Shown: positions 12,588 through 27,393, counted from the stretch's first letter. The stretch: 64,000 nucleotides of DNA from Chrysomallon squamiferum (GCA_012295275.1 CM022675.1:4216001-4280000); one strand, 5' to 3'. Translations and numbers: made by a program. Notes: a model not told the origin generated them from the sequence alone.

Positions 12588-13180
12588 TATACACAGACAG
12601 ACATACCGACAGAGAGGCATGATATCCGCAGAATTCACCTGAGTGTAGAGTGAAAATATTTACCTACGTTAAATAAAAGCGTCACAAACTCACAGCGTCG
12701 GGCCAAAAGTATCGATTGATTGGTCAAATGCGAAAGTAATGACTTTCTGTCCCAACAGACTCATAAATTCATGAGTCCATTGATTAAGAAAGCCTGGTGA
12801 CGTGGTTATTTACTTTCGTCGTGATTTGAAATACGCGGATAAAAAGTGAAGTCACTTCATCACTGGCGTTTTTCTCCCAGTGTAAGATTTGGACCAAATC
12901 CTTTAGTAAAATGATAGAACGTAGCATAGAACATGTGTCTTAGTTGTTAAAGATAAAGATGGAATGAAGAAAGAAGAAAAAAAAAATGAATTAATGAAAT
13001 ACGAAAATAAATAAATTAAAAACGAAAAGAAGAGAAATGATATAAATGAAAAGAAAAAAACAAGTAAGAAAGTAAATCAAATCAAATGGATTTTATTCAT
13101 ACTTTTTGCTTTTGCTTTGCAAAGAAATAATAATAATAATGATGATGATGATGATGATAATAATAATAATAATAATAATA

Positions 13181-13228
<48 letters not shown>

Positions 13229-13822
13229 TAATAATAGTAGTGATAATAATAGTAGTAGATGTTATTGTTGTAAGAAGAAGAAGAAGAAGAAGAAAAAGAA
13301 ACTAATATTCATAGACTTGTTGAAGGAGCTAGAATAATCACATTAACAGACTGGCCAGCATCAATATTTTCTCTCTTTCCAGGGAAAGTAAAAATTATTG
13401 AAAATATTTCTACATTATCGATAATATCGCATCCATCAATCTTCAACACATCTCTGTAGGGTGAAATGCAATACTTTGCTTAATTCGGAGGAACACACAG
13501 AAAACACCATTTGACGTAATATAAAAATCAATACGGTATAGAAGCCAGTCTACGGCAGTAAAGTGGACGCCATTTTCTGGTCGTATTGATATATAAGCAC
13601 AATTACATTACCATTAAAAGCTTTCTGTTAAAAAGCACCCGGTCGTAAATTGTTGTTTACTACCCGCCATCGCTCTCGTTTTATGGGAGCTGTCCTAGAG
13701 CGGCCGACATATTACTTCTCCACGTGGTGACGTCGTAACGTGTGGGAACAAAGAACGATAACCACACATTATGCCCCACTGAACTTTATGCCGCAATTAC
13801 TTTCTTTTTCTTAAATACGTTT

Positions 13823-14008
<186 letters not shown>

Positions 14009-14169
14009 TCACCTCTCTTTTCATTACTTTCATTTTGTATTGCCCTAGGATTTCTTAATAAACTTAAAGATACAAACATGAATACAGACAAACGATTGAA
14101 GTTTCACTCGATCAGAAGGATAAATGAACGGCAACGAGAGAGGAATATATAGAGATAGAACATTACATA

Positions 14170-14430
14170 AATAGACAGACAGACAGACAGGCAGATAGAA
14201 AGACAGACAGACAGACAAATAGATAGATAGACAGACAGACAGACAGATTGATAGATAGATAGATAGATAGATAGATAGACAAACAGACAGACAGATAGAT
14301 ACATTGATAGATAGATAGACAGACAGACAGAAATATAGATAGATAGATAGATAGATAGATAGACAAACAGATAGATAGATGGATGGATAGATAGATAGAT
14401 AGATAGATAGACAAACAGATGGATAGATAG
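14170..14430. repeat. (GATA)/(GACA) compound microsatellite
   Basis: Directly visible. Confidence 0.95.
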
Positions 14431-15272
14431 TCATACCAAGTCAATAGGGAAACAACATTTGGAACGGGAAAGCGTTTTAAAAAAGTCGTATTCATATGGA
14501 AGAGAGACAGTGTGCATTTTAGAATGCATACTTTGTGTCATTTCTTGTGAAATAACTGAATGAACGAATGAAGAAAGAAAGAATGAAACAAAAGTGCAAT
14601 CAAAAACAGACAAGTAAATAAATGATAAACAGATTAATAAATAATTTAAAGTATATTAATAAATATATTAATAAATAAATAAACAAATAAATAAATAAAT
14701 AAACAGATTTAAAAATAACTAAAAATGAACAGCATATAAACGATTAATAAATCATATAAAACTATGGACAGGACAGACAAAGAAACGATATCGAAAGTAA
14801 AAAACGTTCAAACTAATTAACAATCGCTGTCACTGGATCTAACTCGACTTCAGTTCTCTGTGGCCAATTTCGCCTCGTTTTCTCAACATTTATGCAAACT
14901 GGAGACAATTTGGTAACCTGTAATGATCGAAACGTATCCTCAATCTATCTGTTAGCGAGGTGTCCTATTGTCGTATCGATTATCGGCGATGAATAACAAT
15001 TGAGTTAAGTGGTGTATTAGCAAAATAATGGCTGTCTGTTGACACCAGTCGTATTGAGACACGACTCCACGGCACAGACAGACAAATATTCTGAGATTTC
15101 TTCTGTACTCGAGAATCCTCGGGGGTATTTAGTAGTTCGTGAACTTATAATGCTGTCGACAGAAATCGTGCTAATTCGGACACTTTCGCTAATCTTCGGA
15201 GCAGCTCGTCATCCTGAACTTGATTCGTTGACGTGTCAGTATAATTAGAATTTATCAATGTAAACAAAATAA

Positions 15273-15310
<38 letters not shown>

Positions 15311-16411
15311 AAAAAACGATAAATATAAAGAATATTTATAAAAGTCAAAATTGTTCTTATTTTCTATCTTACTAATATTTGTCTTGTAATTTTGTCTGTT
15401 ACCACTAGAGATGGCTACATTTTTGGTTCGTAAAAAATTATAAGGATGCGTTTATTACTCGTTACACTGCTGAATCTAATACTATTACTACTATTGTTAC
15501 AAACATACTATTGAAATTTCAATTATTCTTTGCTTATTTATTTCAGTGGAAAAATCAAACCATCATGTCTTTTTGTCGACAGATGGCCCGTAACCCCGAG
15601 CATTACAGGTTTTGTAAACATGAGAAACTTCGTAAAACAAAGTATTGTCGACAGACTCCCCACCCCAGACGTGCTTCACAACAGCTTGCTTTGATTAGCA
15701 CGTTAATTTTTTTCAGTTCATTTCGGTTCTTTTCGAAAAAGATGAAGCCTGTAGAAGCTAGAATCATGTTCGGACAGTTTCGGATGTCTACGTGGAAATG
15801 CCGAGTTCATAAATGAGATAAGCTGATTAGTAACCGCTTGAAGATACTAATCAGATCTCGTGCACTTAGCGCAGTAAGCCGATTCCTCGCACTCTGAAGT
15901 GTTTGATGTTTAAGTAAAACTAATTTAATATAAATTCTCTCATTGATAAAGCCACAAAAGAGACGGATCAGTATAAAAGCACTTTATCGTAAGTCGGCGT
16001 TTGTCCAGACGGAACACTTCGGAAATGCTCGGAGATCTTCGGACTTCAGCGTAGGTGTAATACATTTAGTTAGGAGAAGAACTGACTGAACGAGATTAGA
16101 AAGAAGACAAATTTTTTGAGACGTGAAGAGATGTCCTAAAGTCACAGACAGAGAATAAATTTAGAGAGAAGTTTAAACAAGATCAAGTCTGAAAATCTTT
16201 GTTTGTTATGTATATTCTCTGTTAACATTGTCAAAGAGCTTTCCAGAGGTTACAACAGGTTACGACAAGATAGTCTGGCCAACAAGGTGCGGAAACAAGT
16301 ATTTGCCGTTCCATCAGTGCTCCTTGATTCTTTCATTCATTTATCAAACACGATGATATGTGCCCTCCTGTGTTTGGGAAGGTACATATAAAGAAATCTT
16401 GTCGCTGACCA

Positions 16412-16767
16412 GTCTATTTAACAAACACACAAGTTTCTGGGTCTATTTAACAAACTCACAAGTTTCTGGGTCTATTTAACAAACTCACAAGTTTCTGGGT
16501 CTATTTAACAAACAGACAAGTTTCAGGGTCTATTTAACAAACTCACAAGTCTCTGGGTCTATTTAACAAACAGACAAGTTTCTGGGTCTATTTAACAAAC
16601 ACAAGTTTCTGGGTCTATTTAACAAACAGACAAGTTTCTGGGTCTATTTAACAAACACAAGTTTCTGGGTCTATTTAACAAACACACAAGTTTCTGGGTC
16701 TATTTAACAAACACAAATTTCTGGGTCTATTTAACAAACACACAAGTTTCTGGGTCTGTTTAACAAA
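16412..16767. repeat. 29/27-bp minisatellite, about 12.5 copies (GTCTATTTAACAAACWSACAAGTTTCTGG)
   Basis: Head-to-tail near-identical units with no spacers. Confidence 0.97.
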
Positions 16768-17371
16768 ATTCTAAACTAAAAATGTTCAACGTCATCAATT
16801 TTCTTTTTCTTTCTACTGTTTTTTTTTTTCCTGGTCTTGATAATGACTTGTTTTGTTATCTTTTTTTTTCTATTCTGCATTATTTCTTCTTGTTCATCTT
16901 TTTTTTTTTATTATATATATATTTTTTTTTTCTCTCTTTTTTTCTTGTTTTTCCATATTTTTTTTCTTGTTCTTCCTTTCTGTTTTGTTCTTGTTTTTTT
17001 TTTTTTGGTTTTTCTTACCTCCTCCGCACACAGTTTCTGTTCGTTTTCGTTTTTTTTTTTTTTTTTTTTTCTTTTTACTTCCAAATAAAAAGTTTTACGA
17101 CTTCATTATATTCAGTGATTTTACAAAAAGGACTGAAAATCAGCCGCGCTGTTTTCAGTGTCGTGGGTTTTACAGCATAGTCAGAAAAAACGAGCGAGTC
17201 GTAAGAAAGACGTAAAACTTCCTCTATGAGCTGTAAAGGGCAAATCTTTGGTTTGAATCCATCGTAATAAATTCCATCATTTTTAACGAATCTCTCGTTT
17301 TACGTCGTGTCATAAAAAGGCTTATTGCGAGTGAGTTACTTAATAATAGCTTATACAACAATGGTTTGCAT

Positions 17372-17531
17372 AGTAATTGTTTACACAGTAATTGTTTACA
17401 CAATAATGTTTACACAGTAATTGTTTACACAATAATGTTTACACAGTAATTGTTTACACAATAATGTTTACACAGTAATTGTTTACACAATAATGTTTAC
17501 ACAGTAATTGTTTACACAATAATTGTTTACA
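17372..17531. repeat. 15/14-bp alternating minisatellite (AGTAATTGTTTACAC / AATAATGTTTACAC), 29-bp higher-order period
   Basis: 11 tandem monomers, plus one further copy near 17583. Confidence 0.96.
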
Positions 17532-17964
17532 GTTGGTTTCACTAACATATAAAACTGATACTTTACCAAGTAAAACAGTAATTGTTTACAGATAGTAGTG
17601 GTTTACACAACTGGTTTCACTAACATATAAAACTGATACTTCACCAAGAACCAAGTTACAGTGACTGCGTGCGTTATATCGTTAGTCACAGAAATCTGTG
17701 CCGCTATTTATGTATGAAATCTTTGATGTTGTAAATAAACTCAAAACACGCAATTCGGTGTGTGATTTAATGTAAATGGAAAGTCAATGTTTTGTTCTGT
17801 GCAGAAAATACAAAAACATAAGCAGACCTTTAATATACACAGACGTACTAAACTATTACAAGCTGCAAAACGTTCTCTGTAGTTTTATTATATTGTTTTA
17901 TTTCGACCTAATGTATCGTGAAAAATAACTAGATTTTGCATTCTATGTCGTTAAGAATTAACAA

Positions 17965-18375
17965 TAACTCGTTTGCGAAGAATCTATGGTACGAAAATAA
18001 GTCGTTTTGCGAAGAATTTGCAGTATACAATAACGCCATTTTGCGAAGAACCAACTGTATCAAAATACGTCGTTTTGTGAAGAATTTGCAGATACAATAA
18101 CGCCATTTTGCGAAGAACCTATTGTAAGAAAATACGTCGTTTTGCGAAGAATTTGCAGTATACAATAACGCCATTTTGCGAAGAACCTATTGTATCAAAA
18201 TACGTCGTTTTGCGAAGAACCTATAGTACGAAATTACGCCGTTTTCCGAAGACGTATAATACAAAAATGTCGTTTTGCGAATACGAAAATACGAGAAGAA
18301 GTCGTTTTTACGACAATAATCGTTTTTCTATAATACACAGAAAATGCGAATAAATAATTTTGGCGAAGAACCTGC
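17965..18375. repeat. CpG-rich minisatellite of ~33-35-bp subunits (core TTTTGCGAAGAA) arranged as 68-bp dimers
   Basis: CGCCATTTTGCGAAGAAC recurs at 18033, 18101 and 18169, with intervening CGTTTTGYGAAGAAT subunits. Degenerates at both edges. Confidence 0.92.
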
Positions 18376-18875
18376 ACTACAGAGTCTACGCCATTTCATT
18401 AAATAACAATTCAATATTCCGAAAATATTGCTTTGATAAAAAAAAAAAAAAAAAAAAAGCACCTACAAATAAAAGTGCATGACCTACAAATACATATCGT
18501 GAGCATATGTGATTCAACAAAAAGCCAGATTTCTTTTTTGCTTGTTTAGAAAAGAAAAACTGAAATTTACTCTGCAATTTCTAATACTTTCATCACGTTT
18601 CGTGTTTATCCTTTGTCTTGCCGATAACATCTCCTGTCCGAACTTGCAATTTTATAATCGGGTCGTTCCCATTTCGAAATTGCTCGCTTCGAGTCTGGTG
18701 CCCGTGTTATTAGGCGCGGACTGTCATTACACTGCGAGACAGTAATCAGATCAGCAGCAGGATCTTTAAGTAATTCTTTGTTCGTGCTGCTGCTGCTGCT
18801 GCTGCTGCAGAAAGCGAAGATACTCGACGATGGCCACGTTTACAAAGATTTTTCTTTCTTACAGAAGACGTCGAC

Positions 18876-19130
18876 GTGATAACGTACAAAGCGAGTGACT
18901 GGACAGATTACAGCTGCTGTCAGTGGAATAGTTTTTTTGTTAAAAGACGTCTTGTCATTTAAATGCAGTAATAAAAGAATCGTGAAAATAAAACGTTTTA
19001 GATATTTTTTTTTTATTAATGACAATTAATGAGAAACTGTTCAATAAATGCATCGAGAAATATGAACAGTATCAATATTATTAGCATTATTATTACTATT
19101 GTTATTACTATTGTTACTATTATTGTTATT
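18876..19130 (+). repeat. Local direct duplication, copy 1 (partner 21028-21280)
   Basis: Shared AAAGCGAGTGACTGGACAGATTACAGCTGCTGTC...GACGTCTTGTCATTTAAA...ATTAATGACAATTAATGAGAAACTG... Confidence 0.9.
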
Positions 19131-19891
19131 ATTATTGTCATAATCATTATAATTATTATAATCATCATGATTATTATTAGCATTATTATTATTATTATTA
19201 AAGAAACAAATTCGATAAATCTGTATAATTATTAGACTTCAAAAGTGATGTCGAAATAATATATTTTTATTAACGACATCAAAAAAGAAAATTTACGATA
19301 AAGTGAAAATCGTATTAAAGAAACCTAATTAGAATATATATAAATATATATGTATATAATGCATAAATAATCACTCGAAGTACTAATAAAAGTAATAGAT
19401 TTTAAGTAAAGGCCCAACTGAAATAAAATATAAACAGTTATCGCGAAACTTCAGAATTGCTAAGAAACCAGTGATTCTAACTAAAGACGACAAATCGCTA
19501 GGTAACTCCACCGAAGGATGTAACTGATAGAAACAACAGTTTGAAACTGAATGCGACATTTCAGTGAATGTACACAACGATCTTTCTGTAAAACTGTTAA
19601 CTGACAAACTGAAAAGTGTGTGAAAAAAAAATGTGTAAAAATGTGTGATCAGCAGCTCAGGCGAACGCGTAACTGTCAAAACAACATGTTTTGTTCAAAG
19701 AGACAAATTTAGAACATGTTAGCTAGTTGATTTTTTGTTATTAAAAAAGTTAATTCAGAAAAAGTTCAATAAATCATTCAAGCGATCAGAACTGATATCT
19801 ATATATATATATATATATATATGCTGTTTTTTGTCGTTTGTTGTTTGTATTTATTTTATTTTTTGTTTTCTTTATTTTCTTTTACTTTCTT

Positions 19892-19946
<55 letters not shown>

Positions 19947-21027
19947 TTATTATGTTGTTGTTGCTTTTTTCCTTACTGAAGACACCAATTCAGAAAATTT
20001 ACAATAAATAACTTACGTTAGCTCCGATTCTATGAAAATATCATCTTCTTACTAACAACCCGGTTCTGAAACTCACTCCGGCGATAACATGCGCTGTGCA
20101 AATATCACTCTTCTCAAACACACCAAGCTCATAAATATTCAACACCTTCACCTTGTGTCATTACTTGTCGAGTTCTGCGAATCTAAATAATATTTCGTGT
20201 TACTGATCTAAGTCACAGATCAGCCAATCTCATTCTGTCAGTGTAACTGTTAAACACACGCTGGATGTCGTGTTTCTGTTTATTGTACGTCGGTCTGTCT
20301 GTCTGTCTGTGTTTGTCTGAGAATGTAGAAAGCGCGCGAACAGTTCTCAGTTGAAGATTATATTTCTCACATTATGTTTGATCTCTCTCTGTCTTTCTTT
20401 CTTTCTTTCTCTGTTGATCATTCTCTATTTCTCTATTTCTGTCTGTTTCTCTTTATATTTGCTCATTTTTTATTTTTATTTAGTTATTTTGTTAGTTATT
20501 TATTATTTTATTTTATTTAGATAGGCCGTAATACTTTATTTTCTATTTAAAAAAGGACCCTAAAATAAAATTAAAATAAAATATTTACATCTCCTCGCGA
20601 AAATAATACAATGATTTGGGATCGCAAAATCGTTTATTATATTTGTTGTTGTATTGATGAACGTAATTAAAATATAAAATTATGATAAGAAGTCAATGCA
20701 GTTCCACATCATTAAACACTCTTCGTTTATTTAAATACGTATAAAACATCGATAATTTAACGCTTGAGCTAACACACACAAACAATGACGTAAATATGAC
20801 ATCGATATTTAACGTCACGCTTGACAATCCAGACGTGAAATGCCGAGGTTAAAAATAATTCGGTTATAACAAACGTAACTGTTCTAAGTTAATCATTTGA
20901 GATAAACATTGACTCATTTTCAGAGAGCGTTAGTAAAAAAAAAATAGGAAGGTCGATGAACTGTCAAACTTTATTTTTGGGAAAGATTAGTTTCCGTCAA
21001 CTAATAAAACAATTTTTTGTTTTTGAA

Positions 21028-21280
21028 GTGATAACATCCAAAGCGAGTGACTGGACAGATTACAGCTGCTGTCGTGGAATAGTTTTTTGTTAAACGACGT
21101 CTTGTCATTTAAAATGAGTAATAAAAGAATCGTGAAAATAAAACGTTTTAGATATTTTTAATTAATGACAATTAATGAGAAACTGCACAATAAATGTATC
21201 GAGCAATATGAACAATATCAATATTATTAGCATTATTACTATTATTGTTATTACTATTGTTATTACTAGTGTTATTAATA
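21028..21280 (+). repeat. Local direct duplication, copy 2 (partner 18876-19130)
   Basis: Same sequence about 2.15 kb downstream with scattered substitutions. Confidence 0.9.
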
Positions 21281-21361
21281 TTGTTATTATTATTGTTATT
21301 ACTATTGTTATTATTATTGTTATTATTATTGTCATAATCATTATCATTATTATTATTATTA

Positions 21362-21404
<43 letters not shown>

Positions 21405-22821
21405 TAACACAGTCACATTTAGTCTTCAACCAAAAATAAGAAATAAAAGTAACAGATTGGAAAATAAAAAGAAGTGTACTTATTTGTATGGTAGATAGAC
21501 AGACAGACAGACAGACAGATATATAAGGAGATAAAAAAAAAATATAGAATATATACAGAAATATATATATATATATAGATAAAATGAAAGACAGAGAGAC
21601 AGACAGAACGCCAAAAAAGCAGAGACTGTTTAAACTGAAGTCCTGCCAATAAACATGCGAATATCAAACAGAAATAAAAAGATTTCTGCTGAAGTTAACT
21701 GAGTTCTTTAAAAGCAGAGCCCGGATTTAAAACTTGTTGGTTCCCGGGTATTTCAGGGTCGTGGAGTCCTCGATGTGACAAACTGTTTGTTTGCTTTGAA
21801 AGCGGTTTACGTTACTCTTCGAAAAACACGCCTCATGTTTTGTGTTTTTTCAGTTTCATTGACTGTAAGAAGAACTCTGAGAACAATTGTCAGTTTGTAA
21901 TGTAGACTTTATACGTCCGTGTGTCTTCTGTATCAATTACTGAAGATCTCATAAAGTCTAAAGTGTCACAGTACCTTTATTTCTTTAAATCACTGTTAAG
22001 ATTATATATATGCGCGCGCGCGCATGTGTGTGTGTGTGTGTGTGTGTATGTGTGTGTGTGTGTGTTTGATATAATATTACTGTATATATAGTAATTATAT
22101 TAACGCACATGGTTATCTGTTTTTAGTAATAAAACTAATTTTACAATTATCAAATTTTTTGTAAAAGAGGGCAGGGCGCCCAGGTAAAACAAATATTTAA
22201 TAACAACAACAACAAAAACAACAACAACAGTAATACTACTAATAATAGCAGCGCTAATAATTTACTAGTAGTAATTGTTGATGTAAAACTTATAGTAGTT
22301 GTTGTAGAAATGGTAGTCAAGACAGATTCATATGTAAAGTTTAAATACAAATATAAGAAACGATTAATCAACTACAATTAAATGTAAATAAAATAAAAAA
22401 AAAATAAGAAATAAATTAAAATAAGAAAAATAAGAAACGAACATAAATATAAAACAATAAATAAATAAATAAATGAACAAATAAATAAATAAATAAAGTA
22501 AAACAAACAAAAAAAAAAAAAAAAAATAAATATAAACACAAAACAAAAAGAAATAAATTCTAAAAAATGTCATAAATAAAAATAAAACAAAGTAGAAAAA
22601 AGTAAACAGCATAAAATAAAATAAACGTGAAATAAAATAAAATAAAATAAAAATAAAAATAAAATAAAATAAAATAAAATAAAATAAAATAAAATAAACA
22701 TAAAAATAAAATAAAATAAAAATAAAATAAAATAAAGACAAAAAACAAATACACATTTCTATTCGCCTTCTCTCGTGTACTGTTCGTTAACGTAATGACG
22801 ACAATCCACGAAGTCACTTAC

Positions 22822-22895
22822 CTTGTTCGGTGACGGTGTTTTCAGTGTACTGTAGCCTCCGAGAAAAAAAACTAGACTGCTCGATCCCTTTTTAG
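22822..22895 (-). promoter_or_regulatory. Candidate core promoter and non-coding first exon of the C1q gene
   Basis: Consensus donor AAG|GTAAGT on minus at 22822/22821, with a TATA-like TAAAAAG ~65 nt upstream in CpG-containing unique sequence. The C1q ATG exon starts with an acceptor, so an upstream exon is required. Confidence 0.35.
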
Positions 22896-23193
22896 CCACA
22901 AGTTCTTGATCTTGTGCTCTTTGTGGCACTTAAAGCTGTTTCATGTCATTCACTGTTTTCTCCGACCAACTGTAAAACATCAAATATCGATATCATCACA
23001 ATTTCCATAGAGCACGCGACGCGCCGCCTGTCATGTAAGGGTGAGATAACTCTAGGTTACGCTGACCTCAAAGGTGTTTTGATTTTGGTATCTGTACGGA
23101 ATGATAACTTCTTTTTTTTAATTTTTTTTTTTTTTAATTATAAATGTAACTTAATGTATTACTGCAAGAATCAATCAATGAATGATAGATATT

Positions 23194-23249
<56 letters not shown>

Positions 23250-23282
23250 GGTAGCAGCAACATAGGCAGTAGTAGTAGTAAT

Positions 23283-23446
23283 AACAACAACAGCCTCACT
23301 AATAGTAATTACAACATTGTTATTTATATATTTATTTATTTTTAATGAATATTTTGTATACTTAATAAATAAATTATTTAATATTAATTGTCATGGACTT
23401 GACCTTCAAACGTCCGCAGGATCAAATCGTCCCAAGGGACACTTTC
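23283..23446 (+). repeat. Local direct duplication, copy 1 (partner 27515-27666)
   Basis: AACAACAACAGCCTCACTAA...TTTTAATGAATATTTTGTATACTTA...ATCAAATCGTCSCAAGGGACACTTTC is shared. Confidence 0.85.
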
Positions 23447-23891
23447 CAGCACTAAATCTTATCTTGACAAAATAAAAGATAAATCCTATTTAAATAAATA
23501 AATAAATAAACAGATACATGAATAAATAAATAAAATAATAAGTTATGGAAATTGAGAAACATCAGCTAAAAGACACGTGAGAGATTTTGACTCTGGAATC
23601 ACGGTGTTGGTAAAAATGAGATTCTTGAAGTGAAAAGGGAGAATAAAACGAAATATTCAAAGACTGATTCAAGCGGATATATTTGTTATACTATCGGGTT
23701 GCCATGGTTACATGATTCCATATCATTCCCTGTAACATCTTGGTTCAGCACTCGACTTTAAATTAGTAGAGAGACAGACAGAGAGTCAGACAGACAGACA
23801 GGGAGACAGATTAGCAAACAGACGGTAGAAAAAGACAGACAGATAGATGGTAGAATAATAGAAAAATTAGCAGACTGATGGACTAGTCTAA

Positions 23892-23943
<52 letters not shown>

Positions 23944-23948
23944 ATTAA

Positions 23949-23986
<38 letters not shown>

Positions 23987-24800
23987 TCTTATAGCAGTGG
24001 TAGTAGTAGTTGTTGTTATAGCTGCTGTAGTAGTAATCATAACAATTATAAAAAGTTTTTAAAAATAAATAAAACTGTAACCACAACAAAGATAATAACA
24101 AAATAAAACGAATGAATTTAAAGCAAATAAAATAGTAACACATGAGAACTGTCAGAAACAAGACAGACGGACAAAAAAACCCACCAAGAAACGTCACGTG
24201 TTCTGTATATATATAGAGAGAACACTGGTTAATGGCGAAATCAGTTCAATAAGAGTTTCAGTAGTTTATTATTTGTTTCTCATTATTTTCCTAATGAGTT
24301 CCACTTCGGAGTGACGTATCGACTGTTCTCGATTACCAATAGAAACAAAGATTTTTTTTCCTTGCTTTGAAGAAAGTTGACAGAAATCCTGACTCGTTTC
24401 TGATCAGCTAATTTAATGTTGTGAGACAGACGTGTTTCGTTTTATTTATTTACTGATTTTTTTTTTTTTTTTTTTTTTTTTTTACTGATTTCTTTGTTTG
24501 TTTCTTTCTTTATTTAGTTGCTGATTTCTTTGTTTAATTTATTTATTTGCTTGTTTATATTTTTGTTTGTTTCTTTATTAATTTATTGTTTTATTGAATT
24601 TTTGTAATTTTTTTATTGTTGTTTTTTTTGATATTTTATTTTAGTTTTGTTTTTTTTCTTTTGCTTTGCTTTCTTTGATTTTGTTTAGTTTGCTATTCTG
24701 GTTTTCATTATATTTTTGTGGGTGTTTTTTTTATTATTATTCGTTTTCTTCGGGTGTTTTTTTTAATTAATTGATTAATTTCATTCTTCATTTATTTTGC

Positions 24801-24911
<111 letters not shown>

Positions 24912-27393
24912 TCAAACAAGGAGACAGGAAAGGAATTAATAAAACAGATAATCTTGTTATCTCGTCTACAAGACCTGAATAAACGCGTTCATCTGTAGAA
25001 TAAAGAGAGCTATTTTCAGACAGATCGTTACATCACAGTTTATTGTGTCTACGTCACTGAGTTCGTGTCTTAGCAGCGGCGACTATAAAAAAGAGTTAAT
25101 TTTGGACTGGGCGGGGCAGTCGGTTCGATACTCGTGTAATTAAAATATAAAAAACTGTTATTATATCAGGTTAATACTGGGTGTTATAGACACGTGTAGT
25201 CAGTGAAATAAAATATTACCAATCTCATAAACATACGCACGTACAAACACACATATCAAAACGCACAGACTATAAATATGTCAGAGTCTGTCTGTCTCTG
25301 CATACACACACACACACACACACATATGTACATATATATTATAAACACACATAAAGTCACAGAGAAATATATACATACGTAAAACATGCATACACATACA
25401 TACATACATATATATGTGTGTGTGTGTTTATGTATGTATGTAAGTATTTCTGTCCGTCTTTTTAACTTTTTTATGCAGATCCATCCTTGCATCTGTATTT
25501 AAAGTATGTACATACTTTCCGGGTTTAGTATATAAATATGTGTGTATGTATGTATATATGTATCTATGTATCTATGTATGTATGTATGTATGTATCTATG
25601 TATCTATGTATCTATGTATGTATATATCTATGTATCTATGTATCTATGTATCTATGTATCTATGTATCTATGTATCTGTGTATCTATGTATGTATGTACG
25701 TCATATTACTGGTGGCCTAGCGGAGGTCAAAACGTGACGTAATCTGTCCCACTGTACGAGCTGACGAAACGTCCGTCAGCTTCTCACCTCCGTCGTCGAC
25801 GTTTTCCTCTTCATTTCTCGTTTCCCACTCTCTCACTGAGCCACATTCTGCTGATTCACAAACCTCTAATTGGCCAATAATCCAGTTCCGATCATCTCTC
25901 TTGCTGATGCGTTTTCAATGTCAGCCCACATCAATCGCCTAAATCCGGAATTTCTCTTTCTATAATCTCCGCACATTCGCCCAATTGACAGAAAGATATC
26001 AGCTATTAAGTAAAGAGCAAACTTGGCAAATTACTGTTTATTCGCTAAATATCGATGTAATTGCCTCTCCGGGCTGCTGAACTCTCGTGGGAAATTAAAC
26101 CTCGGTCTTAGATGGGCTGTAGGCTTAAGATTTCATTTGTTTTTTGCCAATTAAAGGAGTCAAGGTTATAAAAGCATATATAAAACGACAAACGACAGAC
26201 ATGCTCATGTATGTATGTATGTATGTATGTGTGTGTATGTATGTATGTATGTGTGTGTGTGTATCTATGTATCTATGTATCTACGTATGTATGTATGTAT
26301 CTATGTATGTATGTATGTATGTATCTATGTATGTATGTATCTATGCATGTATCTATCTATGTATGTATGTATGTATGTATGTATCTATGTATGTATGTAT
26401 CTATGTATGTATATATGTATGTATGTATGATAATCATACATCATGTATGTATGTATGTATGTATGATGGATGGATGGATGGATGCACATACTTGTAGATA
26501 ATCATACACATGTAAGTATGTATTTTCACGCAAACACACAAACATACATATATACATGCATACATATGCCCACGAACATACATACATTCACACACAGAGA
26601 CACATACATACATACATACATACATACATACATACATACATAATACATACATACATACATACATACATACATACAAACATACATACATACATACGTACGT
26701 ACGTACATATATAATTTTAATTGTTTGCAGAGAAGACAGAATGGAAGAAAGAAAGAAAGAAATGATGAACGAAAGAAAGAAGAAATAAGAAACAGAAAAC
26801 ATAGAAAGAAAGAAAACGAACGACCATTTAGAGAAAAGAAATAAATAAGTATGAGCGAAAGAAAAAAAGACAGGCTTAGGAATGAATGAAGGAAAGAATG
26901 TATGCAAGAAAGAATTGATACTAATTAGATTAAGCTACTCTGTTACTCTTGTAAAAGGAAAGCTACAAAGATAATGAATGTTTTAATAATTATATGTTAT
27001 GACCACTCGACTTTCTGCAGTCAGAGAGGACAAATTAAGAAAATCATTTCACATCCAGTAATTACAGGATAAGAAAGAAAGAAAATAAGAAGAGGAAGTC
27101 GCCAAGACAAGTAGGATGAAATGAGACGTAGCTGAAGAGATGAGAAAAAAAAACCCATCAAGTTGGCAACATGGTATTTGTGAAGAAAATGAATCATGTT
27201 CTGTCTAGCAAACGAAAACGACAACAACAACAACGACAACAGTAATAATAATAATAATAATAATAAAGAAAGGAAGCTATTACTAGTAATAGCAGGACTA
27301 GAATTCTAAAAGCAGAAGTAGAAATGGTAGTAATACTAGTTACATTAGTAGTAACTGCAGTTATAATAGTATTATTATTAGACATAGCAATAA

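Noticed and set aside
16412-16767. 29-bp repeats resembling a CRISPR array
   Set aside because: Units are head-to-tail without unique spacers, there are no cas genes, and the context is eukaryotic.
25758-25782. CTGACGA-containing hairpin as a hammerhead ribozyme
   Set aside because: An 8-bp stem is present, but there is no stem II followed by GAAA and no three-way junction.
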